In this document: one piece after another, positions 24,601 through 35,159 of the stretch
Layout of the letters: the number at the start of each line of letters is the position of its first letter
Numbering within the stretch: position 1 is the stretch's first letter
Origin: Azolla caroliniana
Taxonomy: Eukaryota > Plantae > Polypodiophyta
Direction: 5' to 3'
Assembly: GCA_043228905.1 (NCBI GenBank)
Contig: JBHGNT010000012.1
Coordinates: forward strand, 20,832,001-20,896,000
DNA: 64,000 bases
Notes under the pieces: model-generated
Seen by the model: the letters and a program-made list of their open reading frames with translations, nothing else
The model's database searches: none
Told to the model about the DNA's origin: nothing
Made by a program: the position numbers and the translations under genes

Positions 24601-27060
24601 CTCGGTCCAGGAAATGCATTTTCTTTGGATATGGATCCGACGGCGAAATGGGATACCGACTCTGGGACCCCGAACGCAGACAAATCGTTCGAAGTTCGGA
24701 CGTTGTGTTCAACGAGTCGGCTATGAATCCATCAGTCGAAAAACCGATCGAAGTCCGAAGGGTAACATTTTCCGATGTGCCGACCCTTCAAGAAGGCCCC
24801 GCTCTCAACACACGGTCAGCTTCACGGGTAGCTGAACCTTACACTACCGACTCGGACAACTCCGACTCGGCACAGCCGAATGATTCGCTTTCGGACCATC
24901 CGACCTCGATACCCGATGCGACCAGTCCAATCATACCTCGACGATCCGAGAGACTGTCGCAACCTCCGGAGAGGTATTCTCCTGGAATTTTCTTCACCGA
25001 CGCCGGTGAACCGACGTCTTACGAAGAAGCATCGACATCTGTCGATTCCGCCACCTGGCATCTGGCGATGGAGTCGGAAATGCACTCCATTCGGGCAAAC
25101 AAGACTTGGGATCTGGTCGAATTACCTAGGAACCGACGTGCTCTTCCTTGCAAGTGGGTTTATCGACTAAAAGAGACGTCTGATTCGACCACCCCAAAGT
25201 ACAAGGCCAGACTAGTTGCGAAGGGCTTCCGACAAGAATATGGCGTCGACTTCGACGAAATTTTTTCACCAGTGGTGAAAATGACAACCCTTCGTTTCCT
25301 ACTCGGCGTAGTGGCAGCCGACAACTTGGAGCTGATTCAGCTAGATGTCAAAACAGCCTTCCTCCATGGTGATCTTGACGAGGAAATTTATATGGAGCAG
25401 CCAAAAGGCTTCGTGGCGACTGGCCAAGAACATCTAGTCTGCCGACTCAGGAAGAGTCTATACGGCCTCAAACAGGCACCGCGACAATGGTACAAGAAGT
25501 TCGACGACTTCATCCAATCGATCGGCTTCTCAAAAAGCGATGAGGACCATTGTCTCTTCACCAACACAGCTCAAGATGGATCACCCATCTTCCTCATCAT
25601 TTACGTGGACGACATGCTAATTTCTGGACGCCACGCGGGCGAACTTGCCGATCTCATTCGGCAACTGCGGTTGAAGTTTGCCATGAAGGACCTCGGTCCG
25701 GCACGACACATCCTTGGCATGAAGATTAGTCGGCATCGCGATAAACGACATCTTTTTTTGTCTCAGACCGACTATATCGGACGTGTCTTGGAACGCTTCA
25801 ACATGCAATCAGCCAAATCTGCTTCAACCCCGCTCCCTATGAATCTTCGGCTCTCTCAGCGAGACTGCCCGACATCCGGTTCGGAGGGGGAAGATATGAA
25901 GTCGGTATCGTATGCACCGGCAGTCGGCTCCCTTATGTACCTGATGGTCGCGACACGACCTGATATCTCTCATGCCGTAGGAGTCGTTAGCAGATTTATG
26001 CACAATCCTGGCCGATCGCATTGGAACGCAGTCAAGCATGTGTTCAGATATCTGGCTGGCACAAAAGATCACGGCATTCTTTTCGGTCCGAACCGAACCT
26101 CAGGCGTAGTCGGTTACACCGACTCGGATTTTGCCGGCTGTATAGACAGTCGGAAATCAACAACCGGATACTGCTTCAAATTCGGCAATGGAGCAATCTC
26201 GTGGAAGTCGAAACTTCAGGAGTGCACAGCGACCTCAACGACCGAAGCAGAATATGTAGCTGCGTCCGACGCAGCAAAAGAAGCCTTATGGCTTGGTCGG
26301 CTGGCGCACACGTTTCGGCAAGTCGACCATGACTCGGCCCCAGTTGTCTATAGCGACAGTCAAGGCGCTGTTGCCCTGTCGAAAAATCCGGTTCACCACA
26401 ACGCCTCCAAGCATATCGACGTTCGATATCACTTCGTTCGGGACTGCGTCATTTCAGGGAAAATCGGTCTAGAGAAAATATCCACAACCGACAATGTCGC
26501 AGATGGAATGACCAAGTGTCTTTCGGCAGACCGCTTTCGGTCTCTTCGGCATCAGATGGGCGTAACGACAAACCAGTCCGGTTAGAGCCGGACACAGAGC
26601 AGGATGGTTCCCGACAACCGACATCAGTTTCTTAATGATCGGCTTCAACACGTCCGACCCGACCAGTTCGGTCTTCTGCCTTCGGACCCTGCCGACTCGA
26701 ACAAAGCCGATATGTCCGAGAACCTAAGTCTATACCTGTAATCTTAGATAACCCATGTATACGCCCATTACGGGGGAGTGTCGAATACATGTGTATAATG
26801 GACGTATTCACACTATCCCGTTTCGGCCATTTATGTAATTAGCATAAAGGGTAGTTGCCCTAAGTTGGTCACTATATATAGTGACCTTGTAACCTCTTTG
26901 TGAGGTTGGTTGTTGTATTAGTTGCTTTATGAAATAAAGACTCTTTTGTGCCTCTCTCTCTCTGTGCAACGACCTACAATCTCTCATACGCAGGTATTCA
27001 GAACAGAAGAATCGATTGCTGGCTTGATCTTCCGCACAGATGGCCCCTTCGCTTCTAACA
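21608..27060 (+). mobile_element. Intact, very young Ty1/copia retrotransposon
   Basis: 282-bp LTRs 21608-21889 and 26779-27060 (one mismatch seen); TSD CTTGT; PBS TGGTATCAGAGCC at 21892-21904; PPT GGGGGAG. Confidence 0.97.
22569..26585 (+). CDS. Copia gag-pol polyprotein, uninterrupted (1338 aa from a TTG; first ATG at 22572)
   Basis: CNYCKKPGHIKADC knuckle; PR WLLDSGAS; IN HSDVCGP / TDNGGEF / NGIAE; RT YVDDML; RNase H TDSDFAG...KHIDVRYHF. Confidence 0.97.
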   Translation: MMASTSGSSEMSLRKFDGSNFNFWKEQMQDYLIVKGQIDPIENEEPPEGYKPIEWQKLDRIVRATIRMHLSESVYFTVQSCTTAFELWKTLSDTYEKKVAATKMFLIRRLYNLRMKESDSVQAHLNEYESISSQISSQGTAIEDELRAMILMSSLPSSWETFVTTVCNASTTAVKYSEVTSAILTEAARRKSFAKDSTNDAYVVQGSKDRSNIRGRDSSRPPNNQRRRSQSRDNRICNYCKKPGHIKADCRALKNKNNKKSGRHEEINYVSFSADVLPDDPNILSIENPVGSEVLLTTEESSTWLLDSGASFHVTPHRSQFRQYTIRHSDSVRVGNSQHCDIIGIGTVELNLAGGSTLVLHNVRHVPELSRPLISVGQLDEDGIRAGFSSGGWTLHRGNLLLARGPKIHSLYPLHVTLREGNLFLVDIPVSSLWHRRLGHLSKAGITHLSRAGYIPKLSFSDHQFCEHCQYGKQAAASHPTSAPRETRPLDLVHSDVCGPMPHQSLGGASYFVTFIDDSTRKVWAYPIRTKDRVFSIFSDWLAIVENQTDRKLKCFRTDNGGEFKSDAFVKFCRQRGIRREFTAPHSPEQNGIAERMNRTIQERIVSMLQHSRLSDGFWTEALLTAVHIINMSPSRPLGLQIPQELWIGSKPNYDMLRIFGCEAYALIPKDDRRKLAPRSRKCIFFGYGSDGEMGYRLWDPERRQIVRSSDVVFNESAMNPSVEKPIEVRRVTFSDVPTLQEGPALNTRSASRVAEPYTTDSDNSDSAQPNDSLSDHPTSIPDATSPIIPRRSERLSQPPERYSPGIFFTDAGEPTSYEEASTSVDSATWHLAMESEMHSIRANKTWDLVELPRNRRALPCKWVYRLKETSDSTTPKYKARLVAKGFRQEYGVDFDEIFSPVVKMTTLRFLLGVVAADNLELIQLDVKTAFLHGDLDEEIYMEQPKGFVATGQEHLVCRLRKSLYGLKQAPRQWYKKFDDFIQSIGFSKSDEDHCLFTNTAQDGSPIFLIIYVDDMLISGRHAGELADLIRQLRLKFAMKDLGPARHILGMKISRHRDKRHLFLSQTDYIGRVLERFNMQSAKSASTPLPMNLRLSQRDCPTSGSEGEDMKSVSYAPAVGSLMYLMVATRPDISHAVGVVSRFMHNPGRSHWNAVKHVFRYLAGTKDHGILFGPNRTSGVVGYTDSDFAGCIDSRKSTTGYCFKFGNGAISWKSKLQECTATSTTEAEYVAASDAAKEALWLGRLAHTFRQVDHDSAPVVYSDSQGAVALSKNPVHHNASKHIDVRYHFVRDCVISGKIGLEKISTTDNVADGMTKCLSADRFRSLRHQMGVTTNQSG

Positions 27061-27098
27061 CTTGTTTGCCTTCGACATGAGACCCCTTGTAGAATAGG

Positions 27099-29675
27099 TC
27101 ATTTCTCCTTGATAATATCTATTGTAGACTTCCTGAGACGTCCAACTTTTGTTAGTGTGAACTTGTAAACAATAATATCTACGTCACCAATGTCTAGGCA
27201 TGAACTGTTACGAATATTTCTTTTCCTCTTTCTATTCCCCCTTGATCGTGGACATTCCATCATCTCTAAAGCATACTTGCCGGTAAAGGCATTTTTGCTT
27301 TTAGTGTTGTACCAATGCACCTTTATAGACTGGGTTTGGCTTTGGTTCTCATGCATCACCACATCTAAAACCTTAGCAATCCAAAATTGATGTCCCATCT
27401 CATTATCATCAACAGGTGTAGCAATTAACATACCCACCTTCAATTCTTGCAAGTTCCCTTGCCACCTTGCTTCCGCTGTTTTTATCAGCCTGGGTCCAAC
27501 ATATATGTCCCTTTGTGGTGGATGGAGCAAGCTATCATTAATCGCATTAGGTGCAAGAGGAGAAGTCTGAGAATTACGACACTGTTGTATATTCCAGGTG
27601 AAGGGTATTTGCACGGTCCAAGTACCAAGGACACAATTGTCAACAATTTGTTCTTGATCTTTAAAGAACACATCCCACCATGATGTGTCTTGTTCCCCAG
27701 CATAATTCTTCGCATTGTCAATGTGTTTGCGTTTGTCTTGCATCGCTTGCATCCAAACATCCTTTGGATTATCAGCTAGTACATTGGTGACAATTTTCTT
27801 AGTCTCAATCGGCATTTGTCCTGCACCATAAACAAAAGTTGTGGCATATGAAGTAGAAACTAACACCCGCCTTCAAGCTCCCATTGGGGGGAGGATGAAT
27901 ATTGCTTTGCATATAATAATGTACAACCACTATGATCATTTTTATTTATTAAGAATACGTGGTTGAAGCTTATATTATTTAATGGGGCTAACACTTTGGC
28001 ATTTCGCTCACCACCATCTAATATGTATCTCTTGAAATCATATATTTCCTTGAAGTGTTCCACGATTGGGCATGGTGTATATGCATCACGAATGATGTCG
28101 AACAACTTAGGTAACGTAAAAGCATCATATCGTGATAACTATCGAGAGAAGTTATTGAACATCTGATCGATATGGTCATGTGTGTGACCAACCAATAGAA
28201 AGTTAACTTTCACTTTCCTAAAAATTCCGTGGTTCACCAGCATAGTTAGATAACCAATCACCGTGGAATTTTTGTTTTCCTGAGCAGTATTGTCTAGTTG
28301 AATATATAAAACCGGCGGCAAAGACTACCCCCAAGACATCAATACTTTTTGAATCACAATGACTGTTAAATTAGGGTCATTGTGGACATTTGGGTAGGTG
28401 ACGAAGACATGAGGCTTCACACTTCCATTATAGGCTAAACAACCCACCAAGTGCATCTGCACGAGACAATTGTCGTTGACATCTTTAGGAAGACGTTTAA
28501 GATGAGGTAGACACGTCTTCTTTTGGTCCATTCCATCTATCATTAAACACATGTACTTAGTTGGATTGTTTATCGGCTTTTCCCTATGGTGCATAGCTCT
28601 TTTTCGCTCTAATGCTTGGGCATCTCGGTGATCTTGTAACAATTTCTTATTTAGCTCCTTCTCTGTCTCTATCTTTGCACACACTTTTTAGGTTTGCACA
28701 TACTAAACAATACCCCATACGTACTTTACGAGGTATAATAACATTACTAAAGTGCAATGTCCACAACCTTGTGAACTGATTGTAGATAACATACTTGTCG
28801 CAACAAGTTGACATTTCCAATCTATAGGAATCATAAACTTCTTGACGTCTATAATTGTCAAAGAGATGCAACCTACCGGTAGTTGACATTATCTCACAAT
28901 TGAACTTGAAGTATGTCTTCATCCAGCAGATCGCATTTCTACCTGATGCACCCTTCATACTTGGCAAATTATCATCTTCAATGGGATTGTTGTCGTTTAA
29001 AACTCTTTGTTGCACTCTATGTAATCTCATGTTGCTAACACAAAGTGCGATCTTGAATGCCACTCTACAACATTGTCGTGCCGTAAAAAGGTAATACTCG
29101 AAAGAGATCAAGATATCTGAGGCTTTGTCTGACATCATCTATAAGTGTGTCATAAGATAAGTGTCTTGTTCATCACCATTGAGTGAAAAATAGTAACGTC
29201 TCAAAGACCGCAAGTTTTGCTTTCCAATCATAGCCATACACCCACGAGCACAACATGTCTTTTTAACATCTACGGTAAGTTGAGCCTCAGATATCACTAA
29301 AGCAAATCATTCTCGACTAATACGTCTTGAGACCCTTTTGAAAAATAAGGGGCTCACTTACGTATTGTCATCCTTAGCTGATATTTGTGTGTCCTCCTCT
29401 TGGCGCACATTTGTTCTCTGTTGCTGGGTAGAAATACTTTCGGGACTTTGACAATCACCTACATTCTCACCCGAGTCCGCATATGGGCCATACTCTTCAA
29501 TTGAGAATTCAAGGCATCTTGTCGTATTGACTGGACAATCGAAGATTATATACTCCTCAACGGAGAAATTAGAATCTTGAGACCAATGGTATTCTTCTAC
29601 CGAAAACCCCAGAGAAGGTGAGGAATCTGATGACAGTTGATATTCCTCAACAGAAAAGGGTGAATTAGTTCCCAT
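27099..29675 (-). pseudogene. DDD-type transposase (Sola-like, DUF7869-type) with stops and frameshifts
   Basis: Collinear fragments: Cys-rich N-region (CCARGC, CCRVAF, C-x2-C); IDGMDQKKT (D1); LYIQLDNTAQENKN (D2); FLLVGHTHDHIDQMF (D3); C-terminal FWIAKV...KVHWY module. Lies between the TIRs. Confidence 0.82.
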
Positions 29676-30400
29676 TGTTTGAGGTTCTAATGTCCTTTAT
29701 ATTTCACCCCCTAAGCATACAAATTGTAAGACATACTTAAACTACAAATAGAATTCTAAGGAACTATGTATGTATTTTGTATATTTTATTATATAATTTT
29801 TTCTATATTTCTATTAGTTATAATTGCACGTGACATAATTGCACAATACCACTATCCTCACCCAATTAGTGAATGTTCTCAAAATCAAAATCATTAGACT
29901 ACCATAAATGTAGATAAGTATACTCAATCATTGGATTGACCTTGCACATGTATTAAATCATAATAAGTACTAGATCATAATAAGTACTAAATCATAATAC
30001 ACATAAGTATGAAATCATAACTACTAGATCATAATGATCATATTACACATAAAGTATAAAGATAATCATTATGCTATGATAATAATAAATACAAATTCTA
30101 AGATAAATAACTAAAGGCACTATTGCCATTTAATTCTAACTGTGGTTACTTTTTTAACTATGGTCCCTTCCCCTCCCATAAATAGAACCGACCTCTCTTT
30201 TTCATTCCCCATAGTTGAGCGTAACCACTCTCCAAAGTGCCAAAGCACATACGCGAGAACTCCCAAGATACCTCACGCATCCCCGAACCGACACAATCAT
30301 CATGTTCAGCGAAAACATTGCCCGTTTTGACACCAGGTAGGATATAAACCCTAAACTGTACGGACATATGACTATCTACATACTTTATATTTCATATTAG

Positions 30401-31569
30401 AACTCGTTACGTCGTATCTAGTGCCTCCTAAGGCTAGAACTAGATACGCCGTAACGAGTTGGGAGGCATAACTCGATATGACGTATCGAGTTATGTCCCC
30501 CAACTCGATACGCCGTATCGAGTTGTTGCCCTAGGTGTCACAACTCGATACACCGTATCGAATTGGGGGACATAACTCGATACGACGTATCGAGTTGTGG
30601 CTCCTAGGGCTACAACTCGATATGCCGTATCGAGTTGTGGGACATAACTAGATACGTTGTATCGAGTTATGGCTCCTAGGGCTACAACTCGATACGGCGT
30701 ATTAAGTTGGGCGTCTTAACTCGATACGTCGTATCGAGCCGTAATGAGTTGGGAGGCATAACTTGATACGGCGTATCGAGTTAAGACGCCCAACTCGATA
30801 CGATGTATCGAGTTGTAGCCTTAGGAGCCATAACTCAATACGGTGTATCGAGTTGGGCGTCTTAACTCGATACGTCGTATCGAGTTGTGGCTCCCAGTGG
30901 TAAAACTCAATACGTGGGGGTCTTAACTCGATACGGCGTATCGAGTTAAGACGCCCAACTCGATACGCCATTGTTATGTACACATAACGTTGGTGAGGGT
31001 AGGTCACTAATATTTACATTAGTGAAGGGTATGTTCACTATTATTAAAAAGGGGACTAATGATTGGATAGAATGAATGATATGTGCATGCACTATCATGA
31101 TTTAGACAACCAATGAATAGAGAGCCTTTTAGAAAGGCACATCTATTCAAGGGGCCTAGGAAAAGGTATAAATATGAGGCTTAGCTACCCTCATAAGGAT
31201 CATCACGTCGGAAGGCTGCTGTCGTAGACACCGGTGGTGCGGGCTAGGCTTTCGTCTCGACGATCGTGTTTATCTCTTCCAAGGTATTAGTCATCCTAAT
31301 ATCCGGCGGTATGGGACGTCAGTGGTAGGTTGGCTATGTCTAGATCATAGCTCGGGGGTGGTCGGGTGGAACGGGTTCTTCTATCCAATCTATTTTCTTC
31401 CTTTTTACTTGATTTGGTCTATTGATAAGTAATAGACTCTTAACAGCCATATCGAGTTATGGCTCCCAAGGCTAAAATTCGATACGGCGTATCGAGTTGG
31501 GCGTCTTAACTCGATACGCCGTATCGAGTTGTGGCTCCCAAGCTAAAACTCAATATGTAGTATCGAGTT
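30401..31569. repeat. Array of ~19 full and 2 partial 23-bp palindromes AACTCGATACGnCGTATCGAGTT with 9-bp or 14-17-bp spacers
   Basis: Consensus copies at e.g. 30502-30524, 30574-30596, 30864-30886, 30925-30947 and 31508-31530; one copy is split by a solo LTR. Confidence 0.95.
30972..31445 (+). mobile_element. Chromovirus solo LTR inserted into one palindrome unit
   Basis: Reverse complement of 34679-35152, nearly identical; exact TSD GCCAT (30967-30971 / 31446-31450). Confidence 0.96.
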
Positions 31570-33792
31570 GGGGATCATAACACACATTAGACCAAAAATA
31601 AGTAGTAAAAATAGGTTCAAAAATTCTAAATTAGGTCAAAATACGGTAAATTTGGGTCAATAAAGTTTATATTTAGGTACTGTTGGGGATACCAAAATCT
31701 TACTAATTTTAGTGTCCGGTGGACTATGAGACGTTAAATATACATTTTCCTTTGTCCAGTCCCTAGGTTTCAAACCCATAACTATACTGGATTGCTAATT
31801 TGGTGTTCCATACTACCAATCTACATATTGTATATAATTTGGCACCCCATACAAATCTTTCTCCACTACACTATTGGTCAGGCAAGAGCTTCATAAGGCC
31901 AAACTATTTTTTGTTATCGCATTTTCTAGACTACAATACATTTTCATTTGAGAGATTATAGGTTTAGGTTCATCTGTTGTATTATTTCATGCAGGTCGAC
32001 TGACCCTAAGGAGGAGAGGCCACTCAGGAGAATTCGGATTACGTATCAAACCTCATCTCTAGACACCACAAAGATCCCTATTTTGACATATCCACAAAAG
32101 GGAAAGAAACTCATGTTTGAAGACGAAGTCGTGAGGCAGCCGTCTGACGAGGTTAGTCAAAAAACATCTGTTGCGGTTGGAGGAAGTGAGGACCAGTTAG
32201 ACATAGACTTAACTGGATATGAGTGGGCAATGCAATATGTAGACTCGAAAAAGAAAGTAGTATTGTTAGTTACCAGACTGGCTGGACGTGGTATGCTTGC
32301 TCAAGATCGTGCATTTAGCTATGGCAAAATCTTGCGACTGGACTATGAAGACGCGGACTCAACTAATTTGATTGTATTAGTCAACTGTACAAAAGGAGTC
32401 CGACAAATGATGGTCTCCGAAGACTACTTGTTGAAGGATTCATGAGGGTCAGAATCCTTCCGACATGCTATTGAGACAAGTACTAACTTAATAACAACAT
32501 TGAGGCCATATATTCAAGGTCATGTTAATTTGAAGACAGCCTCCTTATCGCCTATTAAAGCACCAATAAGGAAATCTGCGGTGCAGTCCAAGCCTCAAAA
32601 AAAGAAGGTGACGAGAATGTTAGATTTTGAGTCATCGAGTTCAATTGAGGATGAAGAGGCTCAAGCTACACCAAGAGCAGAGCTGGCATCTGGTGTGTTC
32701 TCATCAGAACAAAATAAAATTAGAAGGGACTTAATACATAGAAAACTTGTGCGGAAGGGGCAAGTTTTTAACCTTCCGATAAGCCATATTCATCACCCCC
32801 CTCTGGATGAGAATATAGGACATCACCCTTTGGAGATCAGGGAACCACATAAGTTGCATGTCCAAAATTTAAAGAAGAAGATGAAAATAAACCCTCATGC
32901 AATGACGATACCTTTTATTGTAATGGTGGATCCTCTTGAGTGCTCTAAGCTAGAGGATTTTGATATTAAGAAGCACGACCAATACAATTATTTTGTGATT
33001 GGAGGATCTCACTCAGCAGAGGCAATACGACAATTAGTCCGCGAGCATCCTACAACGTTCTTCTTCAAATATGCGGAATGCAAAATTTATGTGGGGTTAA
33101 CAACTGAGGAGGCGAAGTTGTTAGCATGGGACCACAATAACTACCGGTAGAAGATGTCCTCCATCGAACACATTAGATTTTTTCACCACGAGTACCTTGA
33201 CGGGAAAACCAAATTTGGAGCGAAATTATGTCCAACTCTATGACGTCAATGTCTCCACGAAGTGGGAATTGTGGTGGACGATGCGGTGAAGTCTAATGGA
33301 ATCAGAAAATACGAGCCATGGTTTCAACTTGCATTTAGGGATGGAGGAGTCTGGGATCTTCAAGATCAAATATTTACGATGTGCGAGAATAAGGAAGTGA
33401 AGGGTCAAAGACAAAAGAAGTCGAAAGTTGACCCTCAATTAGAATTGAAGAGCTCGGTTGCGAAGAAGATTGAGCTTACCATTGAGGAAGCGGCAGATGA
33501 TATGAAGCTGTCTTTATGGAGGGCAATGCAAGGGATCAAAGATGAGCAACTTCTTATATCTGTGCTTTCAAGAGTTGTAACAAAGGAGCTAAACCTAGAG
33601 GAAATGGTTACGAAGTTCAACAAGTAAGGTCTTACTAAATTTTTTATTGTTTATCTTGTTTTAAGAAATGAATTTTTAATGTTGGTTTATAAATTTCCAG
33701 CCACAAAGTCTATATGAAAATACAAGAAGTGATGATGAAGCAACTAGGTTGCTTATCGTGGGAACAAGTGACTAAAGAATATCCAATAACGT

Positions 33793-34591
33793 TGTCATGC
33801 CTTTCGGCGCCTGATCGTTTGCGCGAGTCAGGTGGGAACCGCTGGGGTTTTGGACTAGGAGAAAGAAGAATATGAGATAATGTTAATTGGGAAGAAATTG
33901 CAAGAAGAAGATATGAAACTCGTGAATCCCACAAGTATAGTGTATTAATTGATACTTAGATTGTAAGAGAGAAATAGATGGCAAAATCGTGAATCCCACG
34001 ATTATTTTATATTATTCAAACCTTATAAAAATCAACAACCTATACATCTTTCTCTCTTCCTTATATAGTGTTGGAAGAGTCTAAGTTTATCACATGCAAG
34101 CATCATGCTTTTCCTAACTTTAGTTTTCATGCACATTGCATGTGTATGATTAGCTTTCTATCCCATCTTTTCTTTTAACTCGAGTGTGTATGCATGAATA
34201 ACTTTTTGTACCATGCATATCTAGAATATTTACATGGGATAAAGTTTAGTATAATTTTAAAATTAATAATATGCTAGTATAGTGGTAAGGCTTAAAAATC
34301 GTTAACATAAAGGTGCAGGGTTCGAATCCTGCCCTATGCATGTAACAATCTTTTCTTCTATTGACAAATTTGTCTCTTCATCCAGTGACAGACTCTCACC
34401 GGCCTTCTTTATCTGGCTCTTGCCGGTTCTGCTTGATCCGGTTCTTACCGGATCTCCTTACCGGTTCCTCCTTGCCGATTCCATCCTTCATCCGGTTCTC
34501 ACCGGTTCCTCCTTGCCGGTTCCTCCTTGCCGGTTCCATCCGATGGGACAAAAATGCAATTTTCACGTAGTGTGCGAATTACACTACGACA
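33793..34591 (-). mobile_element. Solo LTR (799 bp) inserted in an exon of the ParB-MTase gene
   Basis: TGTCA...CGACA termini; 4-bp TSD ACGT; removing it restores the frame ...EYPIT-SWYKALSEYFIAFKDW before a GTGAGT donor. Confidence 0.88.
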
Positions 34592-35159
34592 ACGTCTTGG
34601 TACAAGGCGTTATCGGAATATTTCATTGCATTTAAGGATTGGGTGAGTATAACTCTTTGTTTGATCAATTTGTGGTGGTGTTAAGAGTCTATTACTAATC
34701 AATAGACCAAATCAAGTAAAAAGGAAGAAAATAGATTGGATAGAAGAACCCGTTCCACCCGACCACCCCCGAGCTATGATCTAGACATAGCCAACCTACC
34801 ACCGACGTCCCATACCGCCGGATATTAGGATGACTAATACCTTGGAAGAGATAAACACGATCGTCGAGACGAAAGCCTAGCCCGCACCACCGGTGTCTAC
34901 GACAGCAACCTTCCGACGTGATGATCCTTATGAGGGTAGCTAAGCCTCATATTTATACCTTTTCCTAGGCCCCTTGAATAGATGTGCCTTTCTAAAAGGC
35001 TCTCTATTCATTGGTTGTCTAAATCATGATAGTGCATGCACATATCATTCATTCTATCCAATCATTAGTCCCCTTTTTAATAATAGTGAACATACCCTTC
35101 ACTAATGTAAATATTAGTGACCTACCCTCACCAACGTTATGTGTACATAACATACTCCC

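Noticed and set aside
30401-31569. CRISPR array interpretation of the palindrome repeats
   Set aside because: Spacers are only 9-17 bp, reused and inverted rather than unique; there are no cas genes and the context is eukaryotic.
34270-34340. Functional tRNA gene
   Set aside because: A and B boxes are present but there is no convincing acceptor or anticodon stem; it lies within an LTR. Reported only as a tRNA-like cassette.
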